A stretch of DNA of 64,000 bases from Candidatus Latescibacterota bacterium. Its GTDB lineage: Bacteria; Latescibacterota; UBA2968; UBA8231. The position numbers and the translations under genes are program-made. Location of the stretch: assembly GCA_965205655.1 (NCBI GenBank), contig CBDBIJ010000015.1, positions 101,602-165,601 of the forward strand, read 5' to 3'. The stretch's first letter is position 1. The number at the start of each line of letters is the position of its first letter. This document shows, one piece after another, positions 31,999 through 43,443 of the stretch. Below the pieces are notes generated by a model that was not told the origin of the DNA, did no database searches, and saw only the letters and a list, made by a program, of their open reading frames with translations.

Positions 31999-33909
31999 AT
32001 GGCACTCGACGCACACATCCCGGGAGGACCACTGGCGGAAAAGTGGGACCGCCATCGCTTCGAGCTGAAGCTGGTGAATCCGGCCAACAAGCGGAAACAC
32101 CATCTCATCATCGTCGGCACAGGCCTGGCTGGCGGCTCGGCGGCGGCGACACTGGCTGAGCTCGGCTACCACGTGAGCTGTTTCTGCCTGCAGGACAGCC
32201 CCCGGCGAGCTCACAGCATCGCGGCCCAGGGGGGCATCAACGCCGCCAAGAACTACCAGAACGACGGCGACAGCGTCTTTCGCCTGTTCTACGACACCAT
32301 CAAGGGAGGCGATTACCGCGCCCGAGAGGCGAACGTGCATCGGCTGGCGCAGATTTCATCGAACATCATCGACCAGTGCGTCGCTCAGGGGGTGCCCTTC
32401 GCCCGCGAATATGGAGGTACGCTGGCGAACCGTTCCTTTGGTGGCGCCCAGGTGTCACGCACCTTCTATGCCCGCGGCCAGACCGGCCAGCAGCTTCTTC
32501 TGGGCGCCTATGGCGCCTTGATGAGGCAGGTCGGAGCCGGTCGCGTCGACCTCTACCCGCGCCACGAGATGCTCGAACTCATCGTCGTCGACGGTCACGC
32601 CAGGGGCATCGTGACGCGCAATCTCGTCAGCGGCGAAATTAGATCCCACGTAGCTGATGCGGTGCTGTTGGCGACTGGTGGATACGGCAACGTCTTCTAC
32701 CTGTCCACGAACGCGAAGGCATCGAATGTCACGGCGAGCTGGCGAGCCCACAGGAAGGGCGCCCTTTTCGCAAATCCGTGCTACACTCAGATCCATCCCA
32801 CCTGCATCCCGGTGTCTGGCGCCTACCAGGCCAAGCTCACACTCATGAGCGAGAGCCTGCGAAACGACGGTCGAGTGTGGGTGCCCAAGGAGGGCGGCAA
32901 CGGACGCCCCCCAGACCAGATACCTGAGTTGGAGCGTGACTACTACCTCGAGCGGCGCTACCCGAGCTTCGGCAACCTCGTGCCGCGGGATGTGGCCTCG
33001 AGGGCGGCGAAGGCGGTGTGCGACGAGGGCCGCGGCGTCGGCAGCGGGCGCGCCGTCTATCTCGATTTCGCCGATGCGATCGAACGGGACGGAATCGACG
33101 TCATCCGGCAGAAATACGGCAACCTTTTTCAGATGTACGAAGAAATCGCCGGCGAAAATCCCTACGATACACCCATGCGCATCTACCCGGCCGTGCACTA
33201 CACGATGGGCGGCCTCTGGGTCGATTATAACCTCATGAGTAACCTGCCCGGCCTGTTCGTTCTCGGGGAGGCGAATTTCTCCGACCACGGCGCCAACCGG
33301 CTCGGCGCCTCAGCGCTCATGCAGGGCCTTGCAGACGGCTACTTTGTCATTCCCTACACCATCGGCGGCTATCTGGCCAATACCCGCCTCGACCCCATCG
33401 ATGCCGGGCACGACGCCTGTCGAGAGGCCGAGCGCGACGCCAACTCCCGCATCGACCAGCTCCTGGCGGTGCGGGGCAGCCGCACGGTCGACGACTTCCA
33501 CCGCGAGCTCGGCTTGCTTCTATGGGACCACTGCGGGATGGCGCGCAACGCCGCCGGGCTCCGGCAGGCGCGACAGCGGGTGTCGCAGATCCGCGAGGAA
33601 TTCTGGCGCGATGTGACCGTCACCGGAAGCGAGGGGGAGTTCAATCAGGTGCTGGAGCGAGCCGGCCGGGTAGCCGACTTCATGGAGTTTGCCGAGACCC
33701 TCATCGAAGACGCCCTGCAGCGGGACGAGTCGTGTGGTGGTCATTTTCGCGAGGAACATGAAACGCCCGATGGAGAGGCCATGCGGGATGACGAGAATTT
33801 CGCGCATGTGGCGGCGTGGGAGTTCGCCGGCGTCGGCACCGATCCGGTGCTGCACAAAGAGCCCCTCGTCTTTGAGAATGTGGCCCTGACACAGAGGAGT
33901 TACAAGTAG
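31999..33909 (+). CDS. sdhA: Succinate dehydrogenase/fumarate reductase flavoprotein
   Basis: [38 protein letters not shown]. Confidence 0.96.
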   Translation: MALDAHIPGGPLAEKWDRHRFELKLVNPANKRKHHLIIVGTGLAGGSAAATLAELGYHVSCFCLQDSPRRAHSIAAQGGINAAKNYQNDGDSVFRLFYDTIKGGDYRAREANVHRLAQISSNIIDQCVAQGVPFAREYGGTLANRSFGGAQVSRTFYARGQTGQQLLLGAYGALMRQVGAGRVDLYPRHEMLELIVVDGHARGIVTRNLVSGEIRSHVADAVLLATGGYGNVFYLSTNAKASNVTASWRAHRKGALFANPCYTQIHPTCIPVSGAYQAKLTLMSESLRNDGRVWVPKEGGNGRPPDQIPELERDYYLERRYPSFGNLVPRDVASRAAKAVCDEGRGVGSGRAVYLDFADAIERDGIDVIRQKYGNLFQMYEEIAGENPYDTPMRIYPAVHYTMGGLWVDYNLMSNLPGLFVLGEANFSDHGANRLGASALMQGLADGYFVIPYTIGGYLANTRLDPIDAGHDACREAERDANSRIDQLLAVRGSRTVDDFHRELGLLLWDHCGMARNAAGLRQARQRVSQIREEFWRDVTVTGSEGEFNQVLERAGRVADFMEFAETLIEDALQRDESCGGHFREEHETPDGEAMRDDENFAHVAAWEFAGVGTDPVLHKEPLVFENVALTQRSYK

Positions 33910-33954
33910 GTGAGCGCTTCCGCGAGTCCAGCGAGCGAACGTCGCCAAGGCGGC

Positions 33955-34728
33955 ATGAATCTCACACTGAGGGTATGGCGTCAGAGGAACGCCGGCGAAA
34001 AGGGCCATTTCGCCAGCTACGAGATGTCGCATGTGCCGCCGGAGATGTCGTTTCTGGAAATGCTCGACGTTCTCAACGAAGACATCGCCCGGAAAGGCGA
34101 GGAGCCGATCGCCTTTGACAGCGATTGCCGCGAGGGGATCTGCGGGATGTGCGGGCTGGTCATCGACGGCGTCGCCCACGGCCCCGGACAGGGGACGACG
34201 ACCTGTCAGCTCTACATGCGCAGCTTCCAGGATGGAGCCACCATCTACATCGAGCCGTGGCGCGCCCGCGCCTTCCCCGTGATCAGGGATCTGGTGGTGG
34301 ACCGGTCGGCTTTCGACCGCATCGTCCAGGCCGGCGGCTTCGCCTCCGTCAACACCGGCTCGGCCCCCGACGGCAACGCCGTCCTCATTTCCAAGGACAA
34401 GTCAGAAGAGGCGATGGACGCGGCCGCGTGTATCGGCTGTGGAGCCTGCGTGGCGGCGTGCAAGAACGCATCGTCCATGCTGTTCGTGGCCGCCAAGGTG
34501 AAGCACCTCAACATTCTGCCCCAGGGCCAGCCAGAGCGGCTTCAGCGCACGGCGACCATGCTCGAAGCGATGCAGCGCGAAGGCTTCGGCAACTGCACAA
34601 ACGAGTACGAGTGCGAGGCCGTCTGCCCCAAAGAGATCTCGGTTTCTTCGATCGCCTTCCTGAACCGGGAGCTCATCCGCTGTGCGCTCACGCGCACCGG
34701 TTTGTCACCCCTCGTCACAGAAGAATAG
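33955..34728 (+). CDS. sdhB: Succinate dehydrogenase Fe-S subunit
   Basis: [32 protein letters not shown]. Confidence 0.96.
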   Translation: MNLTLRVWRQRNAGEKGHFASYEMSHVPPEMSFLEMLDVLNEDIARKGEEPIAFDSDCREGICGMCGLVIDGVAHGPGQGTTTCQLYMRSFQDGATIYIEPWRARAFPVIRDLVVDRSAFDRIVQAGGFASVNTGSAPDGNAVLISKDKSEEAMDAAACIGCGACVAACKNASSMLFVAAKVKHLNILPQGQPERLQRTATMLEAMQREGFGNCTNEYECEAVCPKEISVSSIAFLNRELIRCALTRTGLSPLVTEE

Positions 34729-34789
34729 CTCGTATTTCAATCGTCGGGGGCGCGCTCAAATTGTGGGCGTCGCTCGCCGTGAGCGACGC

Positions 34790-35293
34790 TCAGTCGTGGG
34801 CGGGCTCGGTGTCGTCGACGGGGCGTGGGCGCAGATTGTTGGCGGAGATGACTCGGGCGCACGAGTTCCAGCGCAGGCGAGCATCTTCGTTTCCCGCCTC
34901 GTGCAGAGCGTCCGCCTTTTCGTACCAATCCATGGCATCGGTCAAAAGGTCGAACGCGTCGAACTGAGCGCCCGGATACTCTCTTGCGAGCCTCGCCTTG
35001 GCCTGGCGTTCGTGAATGATGCCGGTGTAGTAGATGCGGTCGTACTCGTCGCGAAGGCCGGGGGTGAGCTCCAGCGCCCGCTGCTGACTCGGCCCCTGGT
35101 GTTGTGCGAACTGGTCGGTCAACGCCAGAATGAGGCCGACTGTGGCCTGCTGGTGGCCCGGTTCGACACCGAGGATGTCCCAGCAGATGCTCTCGGCCAC
35201 CGCCGGCTGGTTGAGAAGCCGGTAGCGCTCAACCCGCTCGAGGGCCCGGGGAATCCCCTCTGTCGACAGTTTCTTGAGCTCGATCTCAGCCAC
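34790..35293 (-). CDS. Hypothetical helical/TPR-like protein, last gene of the frd operon
   Basis: GTG start with AGGAG RBS, 12 nt after the frdD stop; ALERVERYRLLNQP..AESIC, YYTGIIHER, LRWNSCAR. Confidence 0.7.
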   Translation of the reverse strand: MAEIELKKLSTEGIPRALERVERYRLLNQPAVAESICWDILGVEPGHQQATVGLILALTDQFAQHQGPSQQRALELTPGLRDEYDRIYYTGIIHERQAKARLAREYPGAQFDAFDLLTDAMDWYEKADALHEAGNEDARLRWNSCARVISANNLRPRPVDDTEPAHD

Positions 35294-35305
35294 TTTCCCG
35301 CTCCT

Positions 35306-35668
35306 TCACAAGACCGTCAGGAGAACATAGCCCACGCCAATGGTGCCGACCACTGCGGCGCCGTAGCACAACACGTCCATCGAGATACGGAATTCACGCA
35401 TGCCGAGCTCGTAGAGGGAAAACCGAATTCGGTGGGCGGCGTGGTAGAGGGGCATGACGACGAGGATGAAGACGTAGAGCTTGATCCAGGGATTGTGTAT
35501 GAGCTCTCGCACTCGATCGAAGGACGCGGCGCTGGCGTCGACAAGACCGAGGGGCACGGCGAGACCGTCGAGGAAAATGTGGATCGGCACGAGCAATGCG
35601 GCAACGACACCGCCGGCCGAGAACATGCCCCACCAGAAAGGCTCCTTCGTGTTCCTGGTGTAGTTCAA
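35306..35668 (-). CDS. frdD: Fumarate reductase subunit D
   Basis: EPFWWGMFSAGG.VAALL.P, LYHAAHRI. Confidence 0.92.
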   Translation of the reverse strand: MNYTRNTKEPFWWGMFSAGGVVAALLVPIHIFLDGLAVPLGLVDASAASFDRVRELIHNPWIKLYVFILVVMPLYHAAHRIRFSLYELGMREFRISMDVLCYGAAVVGTIGVGYVLLTVL

Positions 35669-35687
35669 CGTCTATTTCTCCAGCTCA

Positions 35688-36095
35688 TCAGCTCAGGAAG
35701 AATACGGCAACGGCTGCGGAAACGACGAGCCACGCCCCCAGCGCCGAGGCGGTCACCAGGCTCGGCGGCGCCCTCCACGATCCCATGCGCACGACCTGAA
35801 CCTTCGAGAGCACGGAAAACCAGGTGATCGTGTGGTAGACGGCGAAGATGAAAGCGACGACGTAGAAGGCGATGAATCCGGGTTGGCGCAAAGACTGCTG
35901 GAACTGGGTGTACGTGTCGGGACCTTTTGAGATCAGAAACAGCTCGTATAAATAGAGGAGAACGAAGCAGGCGACGAAAACGCTGCTGAGCTCCCGCATC
36001 ATGAACATGAAGTAGCTGCGCTTCTTCAACCACCAGGTCGGCGAGACACTGGGCCGATATGCTCTGGGCTCGTCGGCGTCGAAATGCTCGCTCAC
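35688..36095 (-). CDS. frdC: Fumarate reductase subunit C
   Basis: Y...TWWLK...[18 protein letters not shown] overlaps the frdB stop. Confidence 0.92.
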   Translation of the reverse strand: MSEHFDADEPRAYRPSVSPTWWLKKRSYFMFMMRELSSVFVACFVLLYLYELFLISKGPDTYTQFQQSLRQPGFIAFYVVAFIFAVYHTITWFSVLSKVQVVRMGSWRAPPSLVTASALGAWLVVSAAVAVFFLS

Positions 36096-36847
36096 GATCG
36101 ACTGCCCCAGGGCATAAGCACGGATTTGAACCAGTCCTTGGTGGTGGCCACCTTGGTTCGCTGAATGGCCGCTGCCGGGTCCACGTCCTTGGGACACACC
36201 ACCGAGCACTCGCCGATGAAGGTGCACTCCCAGATCCCTTCGCTCGAGGCGACCACATGGGTTCGGTCGTCACGACCGCCGTCACGGCTATCGAGGTTGT
36301 AGCGGTGTGCCAAAGCGAGGGCGGCTGGACCGACGAAACTCTCCTCGAGACCGTAGACCGGGCAGGCCGCGTAGCAGAGCATGCAGTTGATGCACATGCT
36401 GAACTGCTTGTACTCCGACAGCTCTTCCGGGGTCTGCCGATACTCCCCCTCGCCAACCGGCTTCTCAACCGTTTCATCCCTGATGATCCACGGCTTCACA
36501 GCTTGGAGTTTTTCCATAAAATCGTCGATGTCGATGACGAGATCGCGAACGACGGGAAAGTTGGCCAGCGGCTCGATTCTGACGTCGTTCGGATAATAGT
36601 CCCGCAGGAAGGTGGCGCACGTCAGCTTCGGGTCGCCGTTGACCATGGCGCCACAGCTCCCGCACACCCCCATGCGGCAGGACCATCGATAGGTAAGGGT
36701 CTCGTCGACGTAATCCTTGATGTGATTCAAGGCGTCGAGGACGACCCAGTCTTCCCGGTAGGGGATATCGTATGTCTGGATCGACGGCTCCCGATCCTCT
36801 CCGGGGCTGTAGCGAGTCACCGCCAGCGTAATGGTGCGGTCATTCAT
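36092..36847 (-). CDS. frdB: Fumarate reductase Fe-S subunit
   Basis: [36 protein letters not shown]. Confidence 0.95.
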   Translation of the reverse strand: MNDRTITLAVTRYSPGEDREPSIQTYDIPYREDWVVLDALNHIKDYVDETLTYRWSCRMGVCGSCGAMVNGDPKLTCATFLRDYYPNDVRIEPLANFPVVRDLVIDIDDFMEKLQAVKPWIIRDETVEKPVGEGEYRQTPEELSEYKQFSMCINCMLCYAACPVYGLEESFVGPAALALAHRYNLDSRDGGRDDRTHVVASSEGIWECTFIGECSVVCPKDVDPAAAIQRTKVATTKDWFKSVLMPWGSRS

Positions 36848-36880
36848 AAGTGTTTTTGCTCCGTCCTCCCTCGAGCGCAG

Positions 36881-38596
36881 TCAATACGTCCGCTCTTCTG
36901 GCTGCCAGCGGGTGACGGTGACCGGCAGGTAGTCGATGTGGGGCGGTTGCCCTTTGCGGTGGTAAGCCAGAGTGTGCGTCAAGAAATTCTCGTCATCCCG
37001 GCTCTCGAAATCCGACCGAGAGTGAGAGCCTCGCGATTCCAGCCGTTTCAGGGCCGAGTGGGTGATCGATTCGGCCACGTCGAGCATGAAACCCAGCTCG
37101 AGGGCGGCGATGAGCTGTGTGTTGAACACGTGGGAGCGATCGTCGATGGCGAGTCGCTCGTAGCGCTCCTTCAAGCTGGCGATCGCCGTGCAAGCGTGGC
37201 TCAGCTCCTCCTCGGTGCGATAGATGCCGGCGCCGGCCTCCATCGCCTCTTGCAGATCGAGGCGTATGTCGGCAATGCGCTCGCCTGAATCAGCAGTTGA
37301 GCTCAGAAACTTGCCGTGAATCTCTATCTCCTCAAAACGAGCCAGCTGCTCGAGAGAGCCCATGAGCGGTGCGTCGCGCTCTCGTGCCGCGGCGGCGGCA
37401 GAGCGACCCGCCCGTGCCCCGAATACCAGACACTCCGTCAACGAGTTCGATCCGAGGCGATTGGCGCCGTTGAGAGAGACGCAGGCGGTTTCGCCGGCCG
37501 CGAAGAGACCTTCGAGGGGCGTCCTGGCCTCGATATCCGTCGACACGCCACCCATCATATAATGCACGACGGGACGCACTGGAATCGGCTCGTACACCGG
37601 ATCGATGCCGACGTAGTTGAGCGTGAGCTCGCGCACGAAAGGTAGCTTTTCGTCGATGAGGGCCTCTCCGAGATGGCGCAGATCGAGATGCACGTAGTGA
37701 CCGTAGGGGCCCTCGAACACCCGGCCGGCGTTCATTTCGTGCACGAAAGCGCGCGACAGAATGTCCCTCGGACCCAACTCCATCTTGCCCGGAACGTACT
37801 CGCTCAGGTAGCGATCGCCGTCGCTGTTGATGAGGTGTCCACCCTCGCCGCGCGAGGCCTCGGTCATCAGAATGCCGGTGCCGGGCAGGCCGGTGGGATG
37901 GTACTGAACGAACTCCATATCCTTGAGCGGACAACCGGACCGGTAGGCCATCGCCATGCCGTCGCCCGTCTTGATTGCGGCATTCGTCGTAAATGGAAAG
38001 ACTCGTCCCCCGCCCCCGGTACACAGGACGGTCGCCTTGGCGGGAATGGCGTGGATCTTGCCCGAGCTGAGATCGAGAGCGGCCACGCCGCACACAGCGC
38101 CGTCGTCGACGAGCAACGAGGTGACGAACCACTCGTCGTAGCGCCGTATGCGGGAATATTTCAGAGACGTCTGAAAAAGCGTGTGGAGCATGTGAAACCC
38201 GGTTTTGTCGGCCGCGAACAGGGTTCGTTTCGCGCTCATACCGCCGAAAGCGCGCACGCTGACACGACCGTCCGGGTCCCGGCTCCACGGACACCCCCAG
38301 TGTTCAAGCTGGATGGCCTCGTCCCGCGCTTCGGCCACGAACGTTTCGACAACGTCCTGATCAGCGAGAAAATCACTGCCCTTGATGGTGTCATACGCGT
38401 GAGAGTCGAATGTGTCGCCATCGCGCACGACCGCCCCCAATCCCCCTTCTGCCGAGACCGTGTGGCTACGCATGGGGTAGACCTTGGAAATCACACCGAC
38501 GCTGAGCCACTCGTCGGTTTCTACGGCGGCGATCGCCGCCCGCAGGCCGGCGCCGCCACCGCCGATGATCAGCACATCGTGGCAGGGGATATTCAT
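36881..38596 (-). CDS. frdA: Fumarate reductase flavoprotein
   Basis: [32 protein letters not shown]. Confidence 0.95.
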   Translation of the reverse strand: MNIPCHDVLIIGGGGAGLRAAIAAVETDEWLSVGVISKVYPMRSHTVSAEGGLGAVVRDGDTFDSHAYDTIKGSDFLADQDVVETFVAEARDEAIQLEHWGCPWSRDPDGRVSVRAFGGMSAKRTLFAADKTGFHMLHTLFQTSLKYSRIRRYDEWFVTSLLVDDGAVCGVAALDLSSGKIHAIPAKATVLCTGGGGRVFPFTTNAAIKTGDGMAMAYRSGCPLKDMEFVQYHPTGLPGTGILMTEASRGEGGHLINSDGDRYLSEYVPGKMELGPRDILSRAFVHEMNAGRVFEGPYGHYVHLDLRHLGEALIDEKLPFVRELTLNYVGIDPVYEPIPVRPVVHYMMGGVSTDIEARTPLEGLFAAGETACVSLNGANRLGSNSLTECLVFGARAGRSAAAAARERDAPLMGSLEQLARFEEIEIHGKFLSSTADSGERIADIRLDLQEAMEAGAGIYRTEEELSHACTAIASLKERYERLAIDDRSHVFNTQLIAALELGFMLDVAESITHSALKRLESRGSHSRSDFESRDDENFLTHTLAYHRKGQPPHIDYLPVTVTRWQPEERTY

Positions 38597-38714
38597 ATGG
38601 CGAGAATGGTGGCTGAGTGTGTGCGTGTATACGAGATAGAAAAACCGGCCGTCAGCAACATCCTGGCGGCCGTTTCATTTCGCTCGATCCGACGGGATTG
38701 TCGGCGGCGCGAGG

Positions 38715-38978
38715 TCAATCCGAGGCGGAGGTGACGATGCTGACCCGCCTGCGATTGCGGCCAAAGGACTCAAAACGAACCCTGCCGTCCGCGGTGGCGA
38801 ACAGAGTGTCATCGCTGCCTTTGCGCACGTTGCTGCCCGGATGAATTCTGGTTCCGCGCTGGCGGACAATGATCGTTCCGGCCCTCACGGGCTGGCCGCC
38901 GAACCGTTTTACGCCCAGCCGCTTGGATTGACTATCCCTGCCGTTCCTCGAACTCCCGACGCCTTTCTTATGCGCCAT
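38715..38978 (-). CDS. rpmA: 50S ribosomal protein L27
   Basis: [16 protein letters not shown]. Confidence 0.99.
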   Translation of the reverse strand: MAHKKGVGSSRNGRDSQSKRLGVKRFGGQPVRAGTIIVRQRGTRIHPGSNVRKGSDDTLFATADGRVRFESFGRNRRRVSIVTSASD

Positions 38979-39014
38979 GTCCGCTGCCCTCGTTCACGGT
39001 GAGACCAAAGGGAA

Positions 39015-39329
39015 TCAACCTGCCACGATTTCGTCGACGAGGATTTCCGTGTAGTCCTGACGGTGCCCGTTGCGCCGGCGGTATTTCTTGCGCCGCTTTT
39101 TCTTGAATACGATGACCTTGTCTGCACGACCATGAGCGACGACGGTGCCCTCGACTACGGCTCCGTCGACGTGCGGAGCGCCCACCTGAACCGCGTCTCC
39201 ATCCGAGAGGAGAAGCACTTTCGTAAACCGCTGTGCACTCCCCTCCTCCAGATCGAGCCGGGGTACGCGGATGCGATCTCCCTTGTCGACCTTCAGCTGC
39301 TTCCCAGCTATATCGACGACGGCGAACAT
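39015..39329 (-). CDS. rplU: 50S ribosomal protein L21
   Basis: MFAVVDIAGKQLKV...GHRQDYT. Confidence 0.98.
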   Translation of the reverse strand: MFAVVDIAGKQLKVDKGDRIRVPRLDLEEGSAQRFTKVLLLSDGDAVQVGAPHVDGAVVEGTVVAHGRADKVIVFKKKRRKKYRRRNGHRQDYTEILVDEIVAG

Positions 39330-39380
39330 GGTCACTTACCGCTCGGCAAAGGCGTATCGAAGAGACAAACCGAGCAGTTC

Positions 39381-39409
39381 AATCTAAGATCGCCGAGTCA
39401 AGCTGTCAA
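39381..39409 (-). promoter_or_regulatory. sigma70-like promoter of rplU-rpmA
   Basis: Minus strand TTGACA-17 nt-TAGATT. Confidence 0.65.
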
Positions 39410-39424
39410 AGGGCGGAAACTGCC

Positions 39425-40948
39425 TCAAAGCCTGTATTCGGCCGTTACGTCCACATTGCGCTTTTGGGAGATAAAGCGGAACTCCTGTGGGCCCAGCGAT
39501 TTGTCCTCCTTGACCTCGAGACGGGCCCTCGTGGCGCGGCGAATGGCCTTAAGTCTCGACTCGCGGTCCTCGGTGATGTACTCGGCCACCTCCGGGTGAA
39601 CTCTCAGCAGGTAGCGGCGGTCGCCGTTGGCGGCCCGGGACCGAAGCAGCCAGCGCTCAATTTTCGTCACAGTCGTGTCCGGACCCATGACCCGACCGGT
39701 CCCATTGCAGGTGGAGCACGGCTTGCTGTGGGTGTGTAAGAGATTTGGACGTACTCGCTGCCTCGTCATCTCGACGAGGCCGAACTCGCTGATCTGAGGA
39801 CTGATCGAAACTTTCGCCCGGTCCCGTTTGACTTCCTCGATGAGCTGGTCGACGACGTTCCGGCGGTTCCTGTCGGCATCCATGTCGATGAAATCGATGA
39901 CGATGATGCCTCCGATGTCTCGCAGCCGCAGCTGCCGGGCGATCTCACGGGCGGCTTCCAGATTCGTCCGCAGGTTACTCTCCTCCTGGTCGCGGCTGCC
40001 GACCGACCTCGCCGAGTTTACATCGATGAAGGTGCCCGCCTCGGCATGGTCGATGACGAGGGCTCCACCTTTGCGCAGCCACACTTCCCTGTCATTCGCC
40101 TTCTCGAGCTCTCTCTCGATGCCGAAGATGTCGAAAACCGGACGTCGGTCTCGGAAGTGTTCGACCTGGTCTTTCAGTTCGGGCGAGACAGACTTGAGGT
40201 AGTCGACGATTTCTTTGTACAGCTCCTTCGAGTCCACCACGAGTCGGTCGACGCTCTCCGAGAACAGGTCGCGTATTACACTCGTTGTCATGCCGAGCTC
40301 CTTGTGCACAAGACTTGGCGACGTCATGCGCTCGCTGCGCCTCACCATGCGCGCATAGGTCTTGCGGAGCTGTTTGAGGTCGCGTTTGAAATCTTTCTCC
40401 TCTTTTTTGCGACCTTCTGTCCTGACGATGACGGAAAAGCCGTCGGGACGGACCTGCCTCACAAGTTCTCGCAGCCTTTTTCGTTCCTGCCAGGATGTTA
40501 TCTTGCGCGATACGCCAACCCACTCACCGCCAGGCATGAGCACGACGAAGCGGCCTGCCAACGCCAGTTGCGTGGTCACTCGGGCGCCCTTGGTGCCGAT
40601 CGGCTCCTTGGCAACTTGAGCCAGGACGGTCTGGCCCTTCTTAATGAGGGTTTGGATCGGCGGAAACGCGCGGCTCCGCCGCCCGTTTCTCGACTGGCCA
40701 CCCTCGATTTCCGACCTGTCGGCCTCGACCATATCCCGCACCTGGAGAAAAGCGGTGCGCTCCAGTCCGACCTCTACGAAAGCGGCCTGCAAGCTCGGCA
40801 GCACGGCGGTCACCGTGCCCTTGTAGATATCTCCTACGATTCGTTCCGACTCAGGTCGCTCGACCCACACTTCCGCCAGTTGTCCGTCTTCGACGATGCC
40901 AATGCGCGATTCGTGTATGCCATCGTTGATGAATATTTCGGTTTTCAC
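39425..40948 (-). CDS. rng: Ribonuclease E/G family (RNase G-sized)
   Basis: S1 domain, KEPIGTKGARVT, IDVNS, LRLRDIGGIIVIDFIDM, C..C.GTG. Confidence 0.93.
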   Translation of the reverse strand: MKTEIFINDGIHESRIGIVEDGQLAEVWVERPESERIVGDIYKGTVTAVLPSLQAAFVEVGLERTAFLQVRDMVEADRSEIEGGQSRNGRRSRAFPPIQTLIKKGQTVLAQVAKEPIGTKGARVTTQLALAGRFVVLMPGGEWVGVSRKITSWQERKRLRELVRQVRPDGFSVIVRTEGRKKEEKDFKRDLKQLRKTYARMVRRSERMTSPSLVHKELGMTTSVIRDLFSESVDRLVVDSKELYKEIVDYLKSVSPELKDQVEHFRDRRPVFDIFGIERELEKANDREVWLRKGGALVIDHAEAGTFIDVNSARSVGSRDQEESNLRTNLEAAREIARQLRLRDIGGIIVIDFIDMDADRNRRNVVDQLIEEVKRDRAKVSISPQISEFGLVEMTRQRVRPNLLHTHSKPCSTCNGTGRVMGPDTTVTKIERWLLRSRAANGDRRYLLRVHPEVAEYITEDRESRLKAIRRATRARLEVKEDKSLGPQEFRFISQKRNVDVTAEYRL

Positions 40949-41543
40949 AGGTTTCCTGCCTCTCTGTCCCAGAATTGGACGTAGTTCTCTCGAGGAGGAA
41001 ACGGCCTGCAGAATCGGTTGTCGGGGTGGGTGGATGGAAGGGAACGGCCGATAGGGTCGGTTCCGTACTGAACCGACTCAGTCGGGGATGTCCCCTCTAT
41101 GAGTAAACGCTCAGGGCTCCCGAGTAGATCCGGCGCGATGGACAAGTCTGCATCGAAACCCAATCTCGACCATCTCGGAGGAGACTAAACTCTCCGCGGA
41201 GACGGAACTCATGGGCTGAAGCAGTTGGCGACATGCGTGTCCGGTTATGTGGCCGTGACTTGACTTGGCCTTCGTCTACTCGGGGATCGCGCTGACTCGT
41301 CGCCGGCGTTGGCGCGGGCGACACAAATCTCCATTTGACGCTCGTGAGCGAATATCTCACTTCTCACGGCGAACCCACCCCTGCAGGCTGTCACGCCTCG
41401 AGGGGTGCAAATTTTTTTGGTCCTCTCAAGCCGACATCCGACTCTCGTCAGCGTCGCCGGCAGGTTTCGTCTTTCGTCTGATGTTCATCTGGTCCGGTAT
41501 ATATGCACAATGATACGTATCCGATTCTCTGTGTGCAAATCGA

Positions 41544-43397
41544 CTACTTGGACCCGAGTAGAGTGAGGTAGCGGTCCTCGTCCCCCAGAAGTTCGATGAC
41601 TCTCCTCATCAGCACGTCGTCTTCGAGACTGGCGAGAAGGCTGGCCTCCCTGCCTCTGAGCCTGAGCGCGAGCTCGCGCTTCAGTCCGGACCGCACGAAC
41701 TGCTCGGTGTAGGATGGAAACGCGGCTCCGGCGTTTCGGTCTAGAGCGCCTTCAACGCTGTCGATCAACGTGGAGATATGCTCGTCCCAGCCACCCTCTG
41801 CGGCGAGCTGGCGCAGGGTATCGACCTGATCGCGCCCCGTAGCATTCTCCTCGTCGTCGAGGATGCGCGGAACAAACGCCTTGAACGCGTCCATCATGCG
41901 CTCATCAACGTCGACCGCGGTAAGCGAGTCTGGCGGCTCGATCATCTCGGCCCCCACGTAGTCCACAATGAAATCGAAGAACGTGCGCCCTCGGAGCAAG
42001 TGCCGAACATATTCGGGTTGCGTTTCGGCTTCTACTTCAATGTCCGGACTTATTCCGCCGCCGCCGCGGACCTCACGGCCGTTGGCGGTGAAATACACCT
42101 CATCTGGTATGGCTTGAACGGCGTCCTCCACTGGGCCGTGGCCGACGAGTTCGGCCAGTGGTGCCTCCAGGATGGCGGTGACTGCATCTTCGTCCAGATC
42201 AAAGCGAGCACGCAGTTCGGAGGCCGCCCGCTCGGCATCCGGCGAACGCAGGATGATCCCGAGCAGGACGCTGGCCGGCAGTTCGACGCCGCCGAGGTCT
42301 ACCCCCATCAGGAGCCCACCGCGCGACGCCAGAGATTCGCGATGAATGCTACGGCCGCTCGGGGTGTAATACAGAGCGGTCGTGAGCTTGAGTGCGCCCC
42401 GTTCCCGATCCCCTAGATCGAAGATCGTCTGCACGGACCCTTTGCCGAAAGAGTCTGTGCCAACCACCAGACCACGGTCGTTGTCCTGAATGGCGCCGGC
42501 GACAATCTCGGCGGCGCTGGCACTCCCGCCATCGATGAGAACGACGACGGGGGCAGATCCGGCTAGTGGCCGACGCTGAGAATATCTCGTCTGCTCGCGG
42601 CGGCCATCCCGTTCGCGAATGGAGACGATGGGAGCTCCATTCGGTAGAAAGAGATCAGCGACTTGAGTCGCCTGTGTGAGCAGGCCGCCGGGATTGCCCC
42701 GCAAGTCGAGAATGAACTTCTCGGCTCCTTTGTCCACGAGGTGGCGTAGCGCCTGCTCCACCTCATCGGCCGTGTTCTCGGAGAATCGGGTTTGGCGCAT
42801 GCCGATGTAGCCGACGCCGGGCGTGACCATATTGGCTACCGCGACGCTCCGTATGGTGATAATCTCTCTGACCAGTTCGACGTCCCAATTCGACAAGGTG
42901 CCCAGTCGGGCGACGGTGATACGTACGGCCGATCCTGGCTCGCCCCGCAGCGTCGTCACGACTTGCTCGAGCGACATGCCAAAGGTGTCAGCGGATTCGA
43001 CGGCGACGATGAGATCTCCGGGCAACAGGCCGGCTCGAGCGGCCGGCGTTCCCGCTATGGGAGCAATAACAACCGGATAGTTGTCCTTGATTCCCACGGT
43101 GATCCCCAACCCGGCGAAACGGCCGGTCGTATCTTGCCGCAATTGTCGCAAGCCCTCTTCGTCAAAGAATTGACTGTAGGGGTCAAGGCCTCTCAGCAAT
43201 CCGTCGATGGCCGATCGCATGATCTCGTCGTGGTCGAGATTGCTGTAGTAGTGCTCGACAACGCGGTTGTAGACCGCTCCAAACTGATCCCATGACGTGT
43301 TGATCCGTTCGTATGGATCGGCTGCCGCGCCGTAGAGGGAAAGCCGGCTCATAAGGAGGAACAAAACGCAAACTGGGGTAGTAGTCACCTTGGTCAT
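41544..43397 (-). CDS. ctpA: S41A C-terminal processing protease
   Basis: LDPYS, PDZ domain, DLRGNPGG, SASAAEIVAG, FGKGSVQ, YYTPSGRSI. Confidence 0.93.
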   Translation of the reverse strand: MTKVTTTPVCVLFLLMSRLSLYGAAADPYERINTSWDQFGAVYNRVVEHYYSNLDHDEIMRSAIDGLLRGLDPYSQFFDEEGLRQLRQDTTGRFAGLGITVGIKDNYPVVIAPIAGTPAARAGLLPGDLIVAVESADTFGMSLEQVVTTLRGEPGSAVRITVARLGTLSNWDVELVREIITIRSVAVANMVTPGVGYIGMRQTRFSENTADEVEQALRHLVDKGAEKFILDLRGNPGGLLTQATQVADLFLPNGAPIVSIRERDGRREQTRYSQRRPLAGSAPVVVLIDGGSASAAEIVAGAIQDNDRGLVVGTDSFGKGSVQTIFDLGDRERGALKLTTALYYTPSGRSIHRESLASRGGLLMGVDLGGVELPASVLLGIILRSPDAERAASELRARFDLDEDAVTAILEAPLAELVGHGPVEDAVQAIPDEVYFTANGREVRGGGGISPDIEVEAETQPEYVRHLLRGRTFFDFIVDYVGAEMIEPPDSLTAVDVDERMMDAFKAFVPRILDDEENATGRDQVDTLRQLAAEGGWDEHISTLIDSVEGALDRNAGAAFPSYTEQFVRSGLKRELALRLRGREASLLASLEDDVLMRRVIELLGDEDRYLTLLGSK

Positions 43398-43443
43398 CCT
43401 CGTATCACCTCGTTCTCCGCAGCCCAAATGACACCGTCGTTCT

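Noticed and set aside
40949..41543. RNase P RNA or tmRNA in the rng-ctpA gap
   Set aside because: No GAGGAAAGUCC motif or tRNA-like ends on either strand
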